The notes: generated by a model not told the origin, from the letters alone. Counted from the first letter of the stretch, positions 12,798 through 26,784 are shown. The stretch is 64,000 nt of DNA from Negaprion brevirostris (GCA_030324005.1 JARDVH010000031.1:57083869-57147868); one strand, 5' to 3'. Translations and numbers: made by a program.

Positions 12798-13588
12798 AAT
12801 AAAGTGACACTGGTTAAACCATCCAGTACAGTGTGACTTGCTTAGCCTGCATAATATTTATTTCATTCATTATGTATAGAAATTACTACTTTTCTTTAAA
12901 AAAGGCCGCATCTGGTTACCTTGAATGCATCACTTTACCTGCCCTACAGCAGGTATAGGATGTAGTTCTGCTAAAATATGTCCGAATATAATTTGATGAA
13001 GGTAAATGAAAATTTGTATTTTAATACATTTGCTTTTCGTGACATATTTAATTATTGTGAACAGTGTGAAAACAAGTGTCTTTAAGTGTGGATTGGGTAA
13101 CAGATAATTGGGTAATATTAATAGTTATATTGTATGTATGTATATAAATATTGAGCGCATTAACTTTGTCCAACATTAAAACTGTGCTGACAACGTATTT
13201 ATGGTGTAGATGAGAATTCAGACATGTGCAACCATGTATTTGGTCTGTCGTGTCAAATTGAGGACAGTTTGAATGATTCAGAGTTAAAATTAAACTTACC
13301 AATTGACATCCAAATACATGAGAGACACTTATGTATTTGTGCGTACTAAAGCGAGAGAGATTTGAGTAGTTTACCATTATGATATCACTATTGTCTCCTC
13401 TGTCAAGCTGTCTAATAAAAAACTGGAAAGTGCAGATTTTAATGTTTTAGTAAATAATTCAGTAAACATTTCAGGAAATAAAAAGTGTTCAGAGTAAGGT
13501 ATGGTTGAATTGTGATTTTGAGGTAGAGTGCATCTTTTTGCTAAGTGAACTATATTAGATTCAAATGCAAAAACTGGAGTTGAATAAA
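12798..13588 (+). terminator. Candidate polyadenylation signals for B3GALT1
   Basis: AATAAA at 12798, 13414, 13477 and 13583 in AT-rich repeat-free DNA. Which one is used cannot be told from sequence. Confidence 0.35.
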
Positions 13589-15308
13589 TGTAGAATGAAC
13601 TAAGCGTCGGTTGCTGTAAAATGGTGTTGTAACTTTTTAGAACACTGTAAGCCTACAATCAATACGCATTCTCTCAAATGTAAGATAGAGTTGTTATTGT
13701 TTTTCACTGTTTTAAAAGAGAAACAAACTGAAAATGTCCACTGAATGCTTTATTTTGTGTTAATTTTTAAAAATCGCTAAAGTTGATTTGGCTGCAAGTG
13801 GTGCACTTAATACCTAAAATTTAGGTTGTATAGATTAAATTCTCTGATGATGTAATTACCTATTTTAATTCTATTTTTTAACTGCCAACACGAATCAACT
13901 TCTGGAGGAGTGAGCATGCACAATTTAAAATTAAAGTTTTATTGGAGAGTTTTGACGTTATGGAATTTGACGTATCGTTAGACGTATCATTGCCACTTAT
14001 AAATCTGTTGCAAGTTCACTTGCTGCTGAATGCACACGTCCTAACTTTTTCTGGTGTATTGAATGGACAGCTAATGCCTAAGAACCCCAACATCATAGAA
14101 TGTAGTGTATTCAATAACTAAAGTGAGAACCTATTGTACCACAGTCTGTGGAGGAGCAAAGTAACTCTGACAGCAAATCCCAGAAGTACATGTGTACTTC
14201 AGAAGTTGCTGTCTGACTTATTCCAGGATAACAATGATCATAGCCTCACCATTCTTACAAAATAGAATGAATATTTAATCTTTAATAGGGCATTGTGATT
14301 GATTATGGTGTAACATGTTCAGAAAGGGTGCAAAAAAATCAGTAAGGATCATTCGGTGCCTTGCATTATGAGAAAATGTTTGTAAATTGTAACATGCTTT
14401 AACTGGTCAAATGGTGATTGAGGAGATCATTATCCAGCTTCATTCTTAAAATGCTAAAAGGGTAATGCAGGCATAAGTGGATAATTATCTGTAAAACGCT
14501 GACCTAACACACAAACTGACAAATCCATAGCAAGTTGAGAAACTAGATTTGTTTTTCTGTACAAAGTAGCTGATTATATACATTGCTTCAATGGTTTAAA
14601 TTAAATGTCAATGAGTATCAAGTTAACCCTTAGTGCCTTTTGTTCTACAACCTGTCTTGGTGGTGTTCACCTCATTGGAGCTGTTAAGATCATTTATTGA
14701 GTTGGGGGAGTTGATTTTGCAATGCAAAAAAAATCATGTCCTAGAAATCTAACAAAGCAATCTTCATTTTTCAAGCAAAGAAGTAGGAACTGATGGGCCC
14801 AATATAATGTACTTATTTAATTCACAGACGTAATTCTGTTTAAGGTTTGGTTTGCAACTGACCACAGCACGCACCATTCATACTAAGGCCTGCAGTTTTC
14901 TCAGAGTAAACAACCCAGAGGCTCCTAAAGGATTACTGGAGGCTACCACCTAAAAGACAAGTTTGAAGCTTTGTTTGTATCTAAACGAGTTGGATGAGTG
15001 TTACACATGGTTCTATACATAAACTGCAGGCTATTGCTAGGTGTGCATCTCCTACCCCTGCCACACAATTACCCCTCCCAAAACTAATCTTAATGCCCTT
15101 TGCCTGCATCCCAGCTAGCTGATTTCACTACTCTGCCCTCTCCATGGCCACAACTACCTCTGAAACCAAGAGAGGCAATATTACTAGGCACTGGTAGTAT
15201 GGAGGTCAAGGAGATCAATTTGTCCTGATCCTACTGTCAGCACTCTTTAGGCATGAGTGCTATACCCAGATCACACTTTGACACAACTTATGGGTTTCAT
15301 GAACTCGC

Positions 15309-15779
15309 ATAATTTGGAGGTGAATCGTAGAATACAGCTTCTATACTGTAGATAGTGTAATAAAAAACAACTTTGTCCCAAAGAACAACCAAATAATGGT
15401 AAAAGTTGTCAATCAGAAGTAAAGATTTTAAAACTTCCCAGTTTAAGAATTTTGAGTGTGCTATTTCATTGCCTTAATACTGCAGTTATGAATTTACCAC
15501 TTTTGACTTATTTTGGAGAAAAGATTTTTTTAGTGTAGAATGGGCCCATTAAACCTGTTTTGGTACTCATATCACACAAGACCCATCTATTCTCATTTTG
15601 TTTCCTTGCTTGTTCTCTGCATCTTTAGCTGGGGTATGTCAGTGAAAAAATATGCACCAGATGCTCATCCTTTTCTTAGCTGAAGAAGATATTCATTTTG
15701 CTCTGCATTTACTTGTAATATTGGCTTACAAATAATCTACAGTATAGAAGCTGTATTCTACGATTCACCTCCAAATTAT
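15309..15779. repeat. Perfect 45-bp inverted repeat (15309-15353 / 15735-15779) with 381-bp spacer
   Basis: ataatttggaggtgaatcgtagaatacagcttctatactgtagat and its exact reverse complement. Confidence 0.95.
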
Positions 15780-15974
15780 CCCTTTCCATCTGCCTTTAAC
15801 CCTTTATATCCCTTTCCCTTATCTATGCACCAGGCCTCCCCTTAAATGAATGAATGTTCCAACCAAATCCTGAGACATGAGTTCTACAGTCCCAGTTGTA
15901 CAAAGAAATTTCTACTAACTTCTTTTTGATCTGTTAGTGACTGGCCATAATCTTTTAGTCTTCTCTAGACTCAG

Positions 15975-17330
15975 GGGATAAGAGAATTGTAGGCATCTTT
16001 GTTCAAAAAAGGTTGTAAGGCTAAGCCCAGTAATTACAGAGCAGGCAGTTTAGCTTCGGTGGTTGAGAAGGTTCTGGAAATAATTATTCAGGGTAGAATT
16101 AGTAGCCACATGGAAAAATGTGGATTGATTGGGAAGAGCCAACATGGATTTCTAAAGGGACATTCCCTGTGGAAATAACTAGCTGAAATCTTTGAAGATG
16201 TAGCAGAAAAGGTTGATGGGGGTAATGCTGTTGATGTGGTAGACATAGACTTTCAGAAGGCATTCAATACAGTCCCACATAACAGACTTGTGAGGAAAGT
16301 TATAGCCCAGGGAACAAAAGGGACCATGCCAACATAGATAGAAAATTGGCTAGGTAATAGGAAACAGAAAGTATGTTTGATGATTATTCTTCAAGCTGGA
16401 GGAAGGTTTGTAGTTCCCCAGGGGTCAATACTGGGACTCTTTTCCTGATATATATTAATGACATAGACCTTGGTGTACAGGAGATAATTTAAAGGTTTGC
16501 AGATAACACAAAACTTGGACATAGACAAGGTGGTGGAGTGCAGATGAAGTTCAGTGTGGAGAAGTGAGGTGATACATTTTGGTAGGAAGAACAAGGTGAG
16601 ACAATATGAAATAAGGGGTACAATTCTTAAGGGGACACGAGCAGAGGGATCTGGGTGTTTATGTACATTGAAGGTAGCAGGACATGTGGAGAGAGTAGTT
16701 AATAAAGCACATAGGATCCTGGACTATATTAATAGGGGCATAAGGTTCAGGAGCAAGGAGGTTATGCTGGACTTATACAAGACACTTGGCTGACCTCAGC
16801 TGGAATATTGTGTACAGTTCTGGGTGCAAGAGGAAGGGTGCCAACACATTGGAGAGAGTGCAGAAGAGGTCTACAAGAACGGTTCCAGGGTTGAGCACTT
16901 AACAGGGTTAAGAGGATACGTTGATGTTAGGACTGTTCTCCTTGGAAAGAAGGCTAAGAGGAAATTTGATAGACATGTTTAATATCATGAGGGGGCTGGA
17001 CAGAATAGATGGGGAGAAACTGTCCTGCACATAAAAGGATTGCAAAGGATGCAGCACAGATTGACTGTGATTTACAAAAGAAGCAAATGTGACATGAGAA
17101 AAAACTTTTTCGCACAGAAAGGATCTGGAATGCATTGCCTGGAGGTGTAGTGGAGGCAGATTCAATCAAGGCATTCAAGAGGGCATCAGATGATTATCTG
17201 AATAGAAACAACGTGCAGGGATATAGGGAACAGGCAGGGGAATGGCACCAAGTCACAATGCTCGTTTGGAGAACCAGTGTGGATAAATGGGCTGAATGGC
17301 CTCCTTCTGTTTGGTAACAATTCTGTGACC
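15975..17330 (+). mobile_element. CR1 LINE ORF2 (RT) and 3' end, decayed
   Basis: Remnants of QHGF, DFQKAF, PQGSILG, EVIHFGRKN, LYKTL and WNALP motifs; CR1 tail gggctgaatggcctccttctg. Confidence 0.85.
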
Positions 17331-17994
17331 TTATATTTATGCACCTTTTGCTTTGGAGTCACCCACAATTGGAAACGGAATCACACCAAGCACGCTATTA
17401 AACCCATTCATAATTTAAAAGAGGTGTATCTGGTGTCCTGTTAGTCACCCAGAAAGACCTTCAGCCTGCTCAATGTTCCTAATTATTCCACCGTCTAGAA
17501 TCTAATACTTTGTGATATGCAATTAAGAGCTGAGCACAGTATGATATATACAGTCTAAAACTCTACATAAATTTAATATTACTTCCTGCTTCTGCAATCT
17601 AACCCTCTAGAATTGAACCTTGGTACTTTGTTTTCACTCTTTATGGCATATCAATTTTCTAATTTTAGCAATTTATGTATCTTTATGCACAGATCCCTTT
17701 TCTGCTCTGCTGCATATAGTTTCTTACCTGATTCAACCAAATAAACCATCCCACACAACTCTCTGAATTTAATTTGTCATTTATCCACCCACTCTTCGAG
17801 TTGATTTATATGCCTTCCTGTGTTTTAACTGGGGGTTAAGAGTATTGCTTTCTTTTCCAGATGTAAAAGCATCCCACTTCAATTAACAGAAGAATCGAGA
17901 CAAGCTGCAGTTAGTTAATCCACTGAACCCACACCTATGAATTAAGATTTCCCCACAAAAAATTAATCTGCGCTAGTCTATTTGGCATGGCCTG

Positions 17995-18800
17995 GAGCAC
18001 AGTTGCCCCACACTTAGTCATGTTTTAGGAAGGTGGTGAGTTGCACGCTGGTCCTGGGAGGGGCAGAGCCTAAACACACCTGTGAGCCCAACTGCAAGGC
18101 GAGAGGTTGTCGTTTAGACAGTTTCACAGTGCACTGGGTCAGCCTCCCCCCACCGACATTGGGACAGCCCCCCATCAGTGACATGTTTCTCCAAACCCTC
18201 CCTAACATAGAACGTAGCACTGGGACCCTCCCAATGGCTCCACCTTCAAGACCCCTGACATACCTTCATTCATGCTTTACCGCTTCATGCCCTACCCCTT
18301 AATGACTCCCCCCCCGCCATAGCCTACCCCTGTATAGCTCCCCTGTTATATCCCTCACTTAGGCCCCTCCCCTTGTCGCTGCCCCGGCACACTGGCAGTG
18401 CCCAGCTGACCCATTCAGGATGCCAGGTAGACACTGCCAGGTGGCCACTGCCTAGCCATGTCACTGAGCAGCCAGGGGCTTAACTAACCTCCGAACCCCC
18501 CGGCGTAGCAATCACACCTGGTCTTTGCCAGCGACCAGTCGTGATTCTCATCAGGCTCACACCCAAGGGTCGGAAGATCCCGGGAGCTGGGAGAATCCGG
18601 CATCGAACAGGCTCAGTACATTTAAATGCTACTTTAATTATGCTAATCTGCCTTGTGCTGGCTCTGGTTTCCTCTGTTAAAAAGGGGTGGGGATGATCAT
18701 AAACCATTTGGTGTCGGGAGACTCAATTTTAGGCCTGCATGCTATTTTCTGGAATTGGCTCGATCTGCGTCATGCACAGCCAAGGTGGAAAATCACCCCC
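17995..18800. mobile_element. GC-rich Harbinger-type MITE (right part)
   Basis: Ends ggtggaaaatcaccccc; its terminal ~250 bp resemble the reverse complement of 29279-29530. Confidence 0.55.
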
Positions 18801-21581
18801 ATAGCCTAGACGTGACTGAGTAGTGGTGGTGTGCGAGTGCTGAACATGTTCTTTATTAAATTCCTCTCTGAGCCATTTTAGCAAAGTTTTTAACCAATTT
18901 AAAATAAAATAGAGAAGCANNNNNNNNNNNNNNNNNNNNNNNNNNNNNNNNNNNNNNNNNNNNNNNNNNNNNNNNNNNNNNNNNNNNNNNNNNNNNNNNN
19001 NNNNNNNNNNNNNNNNNNNGTTTTTAACCAATTTAAAATAAAATAGAGAGCATTGCAATGACAATTGTGGCAAGAGAAATTTGATATAAGCACATCAAGG
19101 GGTTACTTGCAGTAACATCCATACTCATCAGGTCTGACTCACAATTCTGAGGAAACAATTTGCTACATGAGAAATGATTGCCCTATTCTCCATCCAAATC
19201 AAGTAACAGCTATTATGCATAAATGTTTAGGAACTTTTGTAATAGTGTTGCATATCAAATGAAGTACAAATGAAATACTATGCTATGGGTAATGTCACTT
19301 CAAAAAGCCAAATCTTTATACGTTTATATGCCAATTTGCAAGCAGTTTTGTAAAATGAGTGAGAATACACTATGGAATGCCAGTTACGGTGAAGTTGACA
19401 GCTGCATTTATTTTCTGTGCAACCAGTATTTTTCAATCTTTTGCTTTTGATGTGACAGGTTTTGCCTGCAATGTACATTAGTCAAGTCTACTGACTTTTT
19501 TAAAAACAGTTATATATGTGTTGCTTGTAATCAAAGAACACAATTAAATGAAGTATTTGTTTATTACTGGTTTCCCTTTGGATCAGGGTGTTTTTAGTTG
19601 CACGTCATACAACATTACAGGGATGGAGAGAGGTTTTAACACCTTCAGCTTGGTGGAAAGAGAGCAATAACCTAATTGAAATGGAGTTGCTGGACATAAT
19701 AATGGAAAACTGCCCCAGGCATGAAGACCCCATAGCCCAATAGAACACGCTATTCCTGGTTCACAGGATCATCTGAGGTGGGATTATTGTCGGTGCAGAC
19801 TCGTTGGGCTGAATGGCCTCCTTCTGTAGTGTAGGATTTCTATGATTCTATGAATATGGGTTAGAAAATATACCTTAACGTATAATCGTCTCAGTTACAC
19901 ACAACCCTGTTAAACACATAGCCTGGCTGCGATTAGTCACACGCCACTCTCAATCCACATGACTGGTTTAGATTTCTCTTCCAAATCCCCCTAGATGATT
20001 CTTACATCATGAGCCACCTTGTTTCACAGAACTCCACCTTCCATATCAGAGATTTCAAATTCTGCTTTCAAAAGTAAACATTCTCATATCTTCTTTAAAT
20101 AGTACTTTATATTAGTTGTTTGCATTGAAAAATTCACATCAGGTTTTCCAACCTATCCTTTCAAACAAAGCTTACACTTCACTTCTAACAAGGAATCCAG
20201 CATCCGGGTTTTATAAATCTCCTTCAGGATTTCTTAGTTGCAACAGTTGCTCACGATTGTTTTAACTATTGATTCCCATATTCTATTAAGATAGCACTAA
20301 ATTTTTCTGAAGTCTGCTTTTCCACTTTAAATGTGGTTACTTCCAATGTCTCTTCAATTCAGGACACTTTATTTGTTTTTCCCTTGAACTTCCCTGTTCA
20401 ACTTTTTGGTCTCTGTTCTCCTTCTAAGACATTCTTTATATCCCCGTTGTCTGGGCTTTATCTGGTTCTTTGAGAAATGTATGAACAAATTCTGTTAAAA
20501 ACTAAATTCAAAAGACCTTTATACATTAGGAATGACCTTTGGTTGTGAAGCAATGACTTTATGCGGTAGTGTATTTACTTTTCACACTATAACCCTCTCT
20601 AAGCACAATAGTTGGAAATGAAACCAAACCCCCACACTTACAAACACCTTTGTCCAGCATGAATCTAATTATAGGTTTACCCTTTCATATGTAGAAACAC
20701 TAAATTAAACCCACTTAAAACTATATTTTATTTCCAATATTTACCAATACAAGTATAAATCCCTTAAAACTACCTTGGTTTTCCTTCCTTTGGTCTTAAT
20801 TTGAAAGAAAAAAATCTTCATAACCATGAAGGTTTCTCTACTGTGATGTCACATTCAATTGATACAAACATAAGATCATAAATGTCTAATTATATAACTA
20901 ATTGTACAAATAAACTTTTCTTGGTTCACAATATAATTACAATGATTTCACCAAAACAATGACATTAAGTTTTACAGCATAATCAAATAAAATCTATACA
21001 TTGTGACATTATCATAACTCAAGTCTTGTGTTTCCTTTTCTTTAGATTTCCAGTTTACAACTCAGAAACCATTTATGTCTGCATTGCAATTGCCCTTTAT
21101 GTTATTCATTGGCATAGTTCCACTCTCAAACCTACTTTCCAAATTCACATGTGGTAAATTCACACTTTGATTCAACACAGTCATTTCTGTGAGTTATTTT
21201 CTTTTGTCAAAATCTCTTCTGGCTGTTTCAAGAATGTTCTAAAGATGCTTCTTAAGTTCATTCCTTTTTTTTTATTCTTGCTTTGGTTTTTGAACATTTT
21301 GTGATTTTGTTATTTCTCCCAGCCTCATTTCAAGTACATTCTTTTCAATTCAGATTGAGTTATTTCAGTCACTTCTTCCCTCTGGAGTTCCACTGGTTTT
21401 CTGTAGTCTTCAAAACCATGATTGCCTGTTGCAATAGAGTTGTCATCACATTACTGTCTCCACAAGCCAAATCATTACCTAGAATGAAATCTATTCTTCC
21501 AATATGCACTTCAGGAATAATTTCCACCTAACAAAAGCAACTGGTGCCATAAACAGGAGCATGANNNNNNNNNNCTATCTT

Positions 21582-21910
21582 ATAGAATCATTGAATCCTT
21601 ACAGTGCAGAAAGGGGCCATTTGTCTGCACCAACTCTCCGACAGAGCATATTACCCAGGCCCTATCCCTATAACCCCACACATTTATTATAGCTAATCTA
21701 CCTAACCTACACGGCTTTGGACACTAAGGGGTAATTTGTCATGGCCAATTCACCTAACCTGCACAACTTTGGAGTGTGGGAGGAAACACACACATACAAA
21801 GGGAGAATGTACAAACTTCACACAATCACCTGTCTGGATGATTGGCCAAAATTGAACCTGGGTCCCTGACTCTGTGAGGCAGCCACACAAACTGTTGTGC
21901 CACCATGCTG
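21582..21910 (-). mobile_element. HE1 SINE (CR1-type tail)
   Basis: Reverse complement of the 4153-4494 element. Confidence 0.85.
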
Positions 21911-22329
21911 CCAATAAGTTACCAACCTGGCAACTGACCTCTCAGAAAGATGTGGCGTTTATCATTTCTGGTAAAGTTCAGCTCAGAAGAATTGGCAAAA
22001 AATACAGAGCAGTGTCTAGACCTAAGTAATATATGCATGACAAAAGTGCCAGACAATGACCATCCCCGACAAGAGGGCATAATCCCCAAAGTAAGTGCAA
22101 AATGCTGTTGATGCTGGAAATCAGAAATAAAACAGAAAATGTTGGANNNNNNNNNNTTATGAAGACTCAAAATATTAACTCTGTTTCTCTGTCCCCAGAT
22201 GATACCAGAGCAGCTGAGTTTTCCCAGCATTTTCTGTTTTCTCCATTACATTCAGTAGCATTGTTCTCCAATCATTAATTTGTTGGTTGTCAAGTAAATA
22301 TTGTCGCTCCAAGAGCAGTTTTGAGGTTG

Positions 22330-22900
22330 GGTATTCTGAGATAAGTGCCTCCTTTCCCAACTCTCCAAAGCAGCAGTTATAAGGCACAAGTCAGAGAAGG
22401 AATACTTTCCCCTCGCCTGGATGAGTGCAACAGCAACAACATTCAACCGGTTCAACACCATCAAGGGCAAAGCAATCCGCTTGATTGGAGCCCCATACTG
22501 TACCTTAAAAATGCTCTCCTTTCCACTATTAGCGCATAATACCAGCAGCATAAACCATCTACAATGCATACTGCAGCAACTCACAATAGCTCTTTTGATG
22601 GAGCCTTGCAAACTTACAGCCACCATCTCCTAGAAGGACCAGAAGACGTGCAGTAGGCACAATAGAACACCCCCACCTTCAAGTTCTTCTCCAAGTCACA
22701 CACCATTGAGACTTGTAGGTAAAGCGCTGTTCCTTCATTATCATGTCAAAATCCTGGAACTTCTCACTTAACAGCAGTGTAAGAATACACTCATTCACCA
22801 CACAATTCTCATTAGTTCAAGAAGGTGCCACATCACTACCTTCTCATGGGCAACTTGAAGATGGGCAATAAGTGACGTTCCTGAGAGATCTGGCAGGCTT
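22330..22900 (+). mobile_element. LINE 3' fragment (same family as 3050-3737)
   Basis: tataaggcacaagtcag..., aaatcctggaac..., ttcaagaagg...cttctcatgggcaact tail. Confidence 0.65.
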
Positions 22901-22904
22901 AAAA

Positions 22905-23770
22905 AGAGATAAATCTCCAGGACTGAATGAAATATATCCCAACAGGCTGTTAAGTGAAGCAAAGGGGGAAATAGCTTGGGAACTGACAATTATTTTCAAT
23001 TACTCTCTGGTCATGGGAGAGATGCCAGAGGACTGAAGGATGGCCACTGTGGTACCATTATTCCAGAAAGGAAGAAGGGATAAACCAGGAAACGACAGGC
23101 CAGTCAGTGGTGGGGAAACTATTGGAAACAATTCTGAGAAACTGAATTAATCTGCAATTGGAGAGGCAGGGATTAATCATAGCATGGTTTTGTTAAGGGG
23201 AGGTCATGTCTGACCAATTTGATCAAAAAAGTAACCAGGTATGTAGATGTGGACAATGCATTTGACTTAGTCTTCTTGGACTTTAGCAAGGCTTTTGACA
23301 AGTTTCCACATGGGAGACTGATAGTGAGGTTAAGAGCCCTTGGAATCAAAGGAAATTTAGCAAATTGGATCCAGAATTGTCTGAGTGGCAAGAAGCAGAG
23401 AGTGATGATTGAGAGATGTTTTTCAGATTGGGAGACCATGTCCAGTGGAATCCCACAGGGATCAGTGTTGGGCCAATACTGTTTGTGATTTATATAAATA
23501 ATTTAGACTTAAATGTAGGAGGGTTGATCAGTAAATTTGTGGAGGATATGGAAATCAGTAGTGTGGTAAATAATGAGGAGGATAGGCTTAAATTACAGGA
23601 GGATCTTGACACATTGGTCAGATGGGCTGATCAGTGGCAAAGTGTGCGGTGATGCATTTAGACAGAGCAATCAAGACATGATGAATGTCAAGAACCTAGG
23701 AAGCACTGAGGATCAGAGACCTTAGTGTGCATGTACTCCTGTCCCTTAAGATAGCAGGACAGGTGGATAG
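22905..23770 (+). mobile_element. CR1 LINE RT fragment
   Basis: VDVDNAFDLVFLDFSKAFDKFPHGRL...WIQNCLSGKKQRV...SGIPQGSVLG; YINNLD; KFVED. Confidence 0.9.
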
Positions 23771-23889
23771 TAAAGGATTCTCAAAGTGAAGGATGCTATA
23801 GATAAGCATGATGATAACATGATAGCATTTCACATCCAGCTTGAGGATGAGAAAATTGGGTCTGAAACTAGGTCTTAAAATTAAATAAA

Positions 23890-25072
23890 GGAAATTACAA
23901 GGGCTTGAAGACATAGTTCGCTAAAGTCTCTCAAATATATCAGCCCATTGAGAAAGAAAGCTTCTATGAAAAGAATGCATCATCTGTGGCTAACTAAAGA
24001 AGTTAAGGGTGGTCTCAAATTGACAGAAAAGATGTTTTCAATTCTGTGAAGATTAGTGGTAGCCCAGAAGATTGGGAACATTTTAGAAACCAGTAAAGGA
24101 TCGCTAACAAAAAGGAAGAAGTTGGGGTTTGAGAGAAAAACAGCAAAAATGCTATAGCAGACACTAAAATCTTCTACAATATTAAAAAAAGGAAGACAGT
24201 AACTCAAGTAAGCAACAGTCACTTGGAAGGTGAAACTGGAGAATTAACAATGACTTTAAACTGTGAAAGACACCAAAAACATCCCAATAATTATAGAAAA
24301 AAAACCAGAGCAAAAGGGAGGGAGAAACTTCAAGTAATCATGAGCACAAGAGAAAAAGTACTAGGAGGACTAATGGGACTGACCGGGGCCCCGGATCTGA
24401 TGGCCTGCGTCCTTGGTTTTAAAGGAAGTGGCTGCACAAATAGTGAATATACTGTTTGTAATCTTCTAAAATTCCCTAGATTCTGGAGAACTTCCAGAGG
24501 ATCACAAAACCTAACACGACCATTCATAAAGGAGAGAGGCAGGAAGCTGGGAAACTATAGGCCAGTAAAGTCTTACATTTGTCATTGTGAAAATTTCTTA
24601 ATCCATTATTAAGGAGGTCGTAGCAGGACATTGAGAAAACCTTAATACAATCAAGAAAAACCAACATCATTTTGTGAAAGTGAAATAGTGTTGGCAAATT
24701 TACCAGATTCCTTAAAAGATATAACAAGCAGGGTGGATAAGGGGGAAACTGTAGGTTAGCATATGTTGAGTTCCAAAGGCATTCAATAAGATGCCATATA
24801 AAAGGTTGCTACATCAGATAAGAATGCATGGTGTTGGGATGATGCATCAGCAGGGACAGAGGATTTCTAATTATCAGAAAATAGAAAGTTGGGATAAATG
24901 GGTAATTTTCAAGCTGGCAAACTGTAAATGGTGGAGTACAGCAGCGATCAGTATTAGGCTGTCAATTATTTACATCCTACATTCATGTCTTGGATGAAAA
25001 ACTGACTATTGTAGCCAAACTTTCTGAAGATATAATGTTAGGTCAGAAAGCAAGCTGTGAGGAGGATACAAA
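23890..25072 (+). mobile_element. CR1 LINE ORF2 fragment, continuing at 28940-29275 after a DNA-transposon insertion
   Basis: GNYRPV and MPYKRLL remnants; the flanks gaggaggatacaaa | taagattctgcaaag rejoin into contiguous CR1 sequence. Confidence 0.75.
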
Positions 25073-25939
25073 GGGCCCAATTTTACCATCATGTTGCATC
25101 CATTTTCAGGTGTGAAAACTTGGTAAAGTTGGACATGAGGTGAGTAGCATGATTCATGCTGACCTCCGTGTCGGCTCCCTCTTTACCAAGGCCCGAAAAT
25201 GGCTGCGATTGGGACCGCACCTGAAATGGACATGATGGCCATTTAAATGCAGTTGCACAAAAGTCACAAAAGAGACTTGCTCCACCAAGGTCCAGTTTGA
25301 GCTCTCCAGTTAGTGAGGAGATAAGTGCCGAGTGTCCGACGGTTCTCTGTTTGTGATCAGTGAGGGTGGAGGGTGGTGGGGGAGGGGATCTGCTGCCACT
25401 CTGCCTGAGATTGAGAATATAAAAGCCATAAGGTTTTTTGTATAGTTTGTAATCTCATGCTGTGAACATGCTGTCCTGAACGTATGCAGAAGTGCCATTA
25501 ATCACACTCTGTAGTCTAGCTGTACCTAGTACCAAGTGTTTCAACTGTCGTGTAAGGATTTATTGCGATGAGGGTGTGTACAGAGTTGATTGGTTTTCAG
25601 AACATTATGAACTGTGCACGCAGCTATACTGCCACTCTATTGGTGTAAAAGAGTCGGGGACAAGTTGTAATAGGCTAATGCTCTGGAAGCCCGCCTACAG
25701 ACTGGGATAAGTGGAAAAAGTAGAACAAAGAAGACCACTGATGCCTGCCCACCCTAAGGAAAACTAGCTCCGACGTTGTAAAAGAATAAAGGTATAAATC
25801 TTCTATCCAGAGTTGACTTGATTATTATCAAACCAAGCCGAACGCAGAGCGCCGAACCTTAGAAATTGTCAGATTGGTGATTAATATAAATAGAATCTAG
25901 AAGTCTTCTGTAAGCATATTAGCAATAAAAGTATTGTCA

Positions 25940-26455
25940 ATGGAGCAGTGTTATCAAATAAGGACCAAAATGGAGATCTGTTGGTGAGGCAGAAGACATG
26001 GCAGAGATTCTGATTGAGTACTTTGCATCAGTGTATACCAATGAAGAGAGTTTTACCAAAGCTGTGGTAAATGTGGAAGATGTCGGGATGCTGGATGTGA
26101 TTAAAAATAGAGCAAAATACAAAGTTTAGCTGTACTTAAAGATTAGTAATTCACCCAGTCCAGATGGGATGTTTTCTATGCTGCTGAGGGAAGTAAGGAT
26201 ATAAATTCTGGAGATTCTGATCACAATCTTCCAATCCTCCTTTGATGCAGGGATGCCAAAGGACAGAGGGTTTCAGGTGTTGCACCCTTGTTCAAAACCA
26301 GAGCGAAGAATAAACCTGGCAATCGCATGCAAGTCAGTTTAATGCTGGTCATGGGGGTGCTTTTAGAAACAACAAACCGGGGGAAAATTAGCAATCACTT
26401 GGATGAGTGTGGACAGATAAAGCAAAGCCAGTACAGAATTGTTTTGGGCAAATTT
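25940..26455 (+). mobile_element. CR1 LINE fragment
   Basis: EYFASVYT, SPSPDG, IFQSSF and KPGN.MQVSL remnants. Confidence 0.75.
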
Positions 26456-26463
26456 GCATGTGA

Positions 26464-26525
26464 CATGAAATGTCATAAGCAGTCAGAAGTCTTGCTAACT
26501 TTCTGACTGCTTATGACATTTCATG
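26464..26525. repeat. Perfect 25-bp-stem hairpin with 12-nt loop
   Basis: catgaaatgtcataagcagtcagaa-gtcttgctaact-ttctgactgcttatgacatttcatg. Confidence 0.95.
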
Positions 26526-26784
26526 CAACTGAACTAGTGTTGTACATGGCTGGTATATGCCTCAATAAAGCCCAGGATCCCATAACTGCTGAATTGCTGT
26601 GTTAAACAGTTGTGCCATATTTAAAGGATTGGCCATGGTCACCCACAGACTCTTTTCTTCTGGTACCCCTTTTAAAACTGTCTCATTTAGACCATATTGT
26701 CTTCACACTTACTATCAAAAATATACCATCGCACACTTTTGTGTGTTGAATTTCATCCGCTACATGTCCATTTATTCCAGCAGC

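Noticed and set aside
18886-19052. Direct repeat gtttttaaccaatttaaaataaaatagaga either side of a 100-N gap
   Set aside because: Typical unmerged contig overlap; an assembly artefact.
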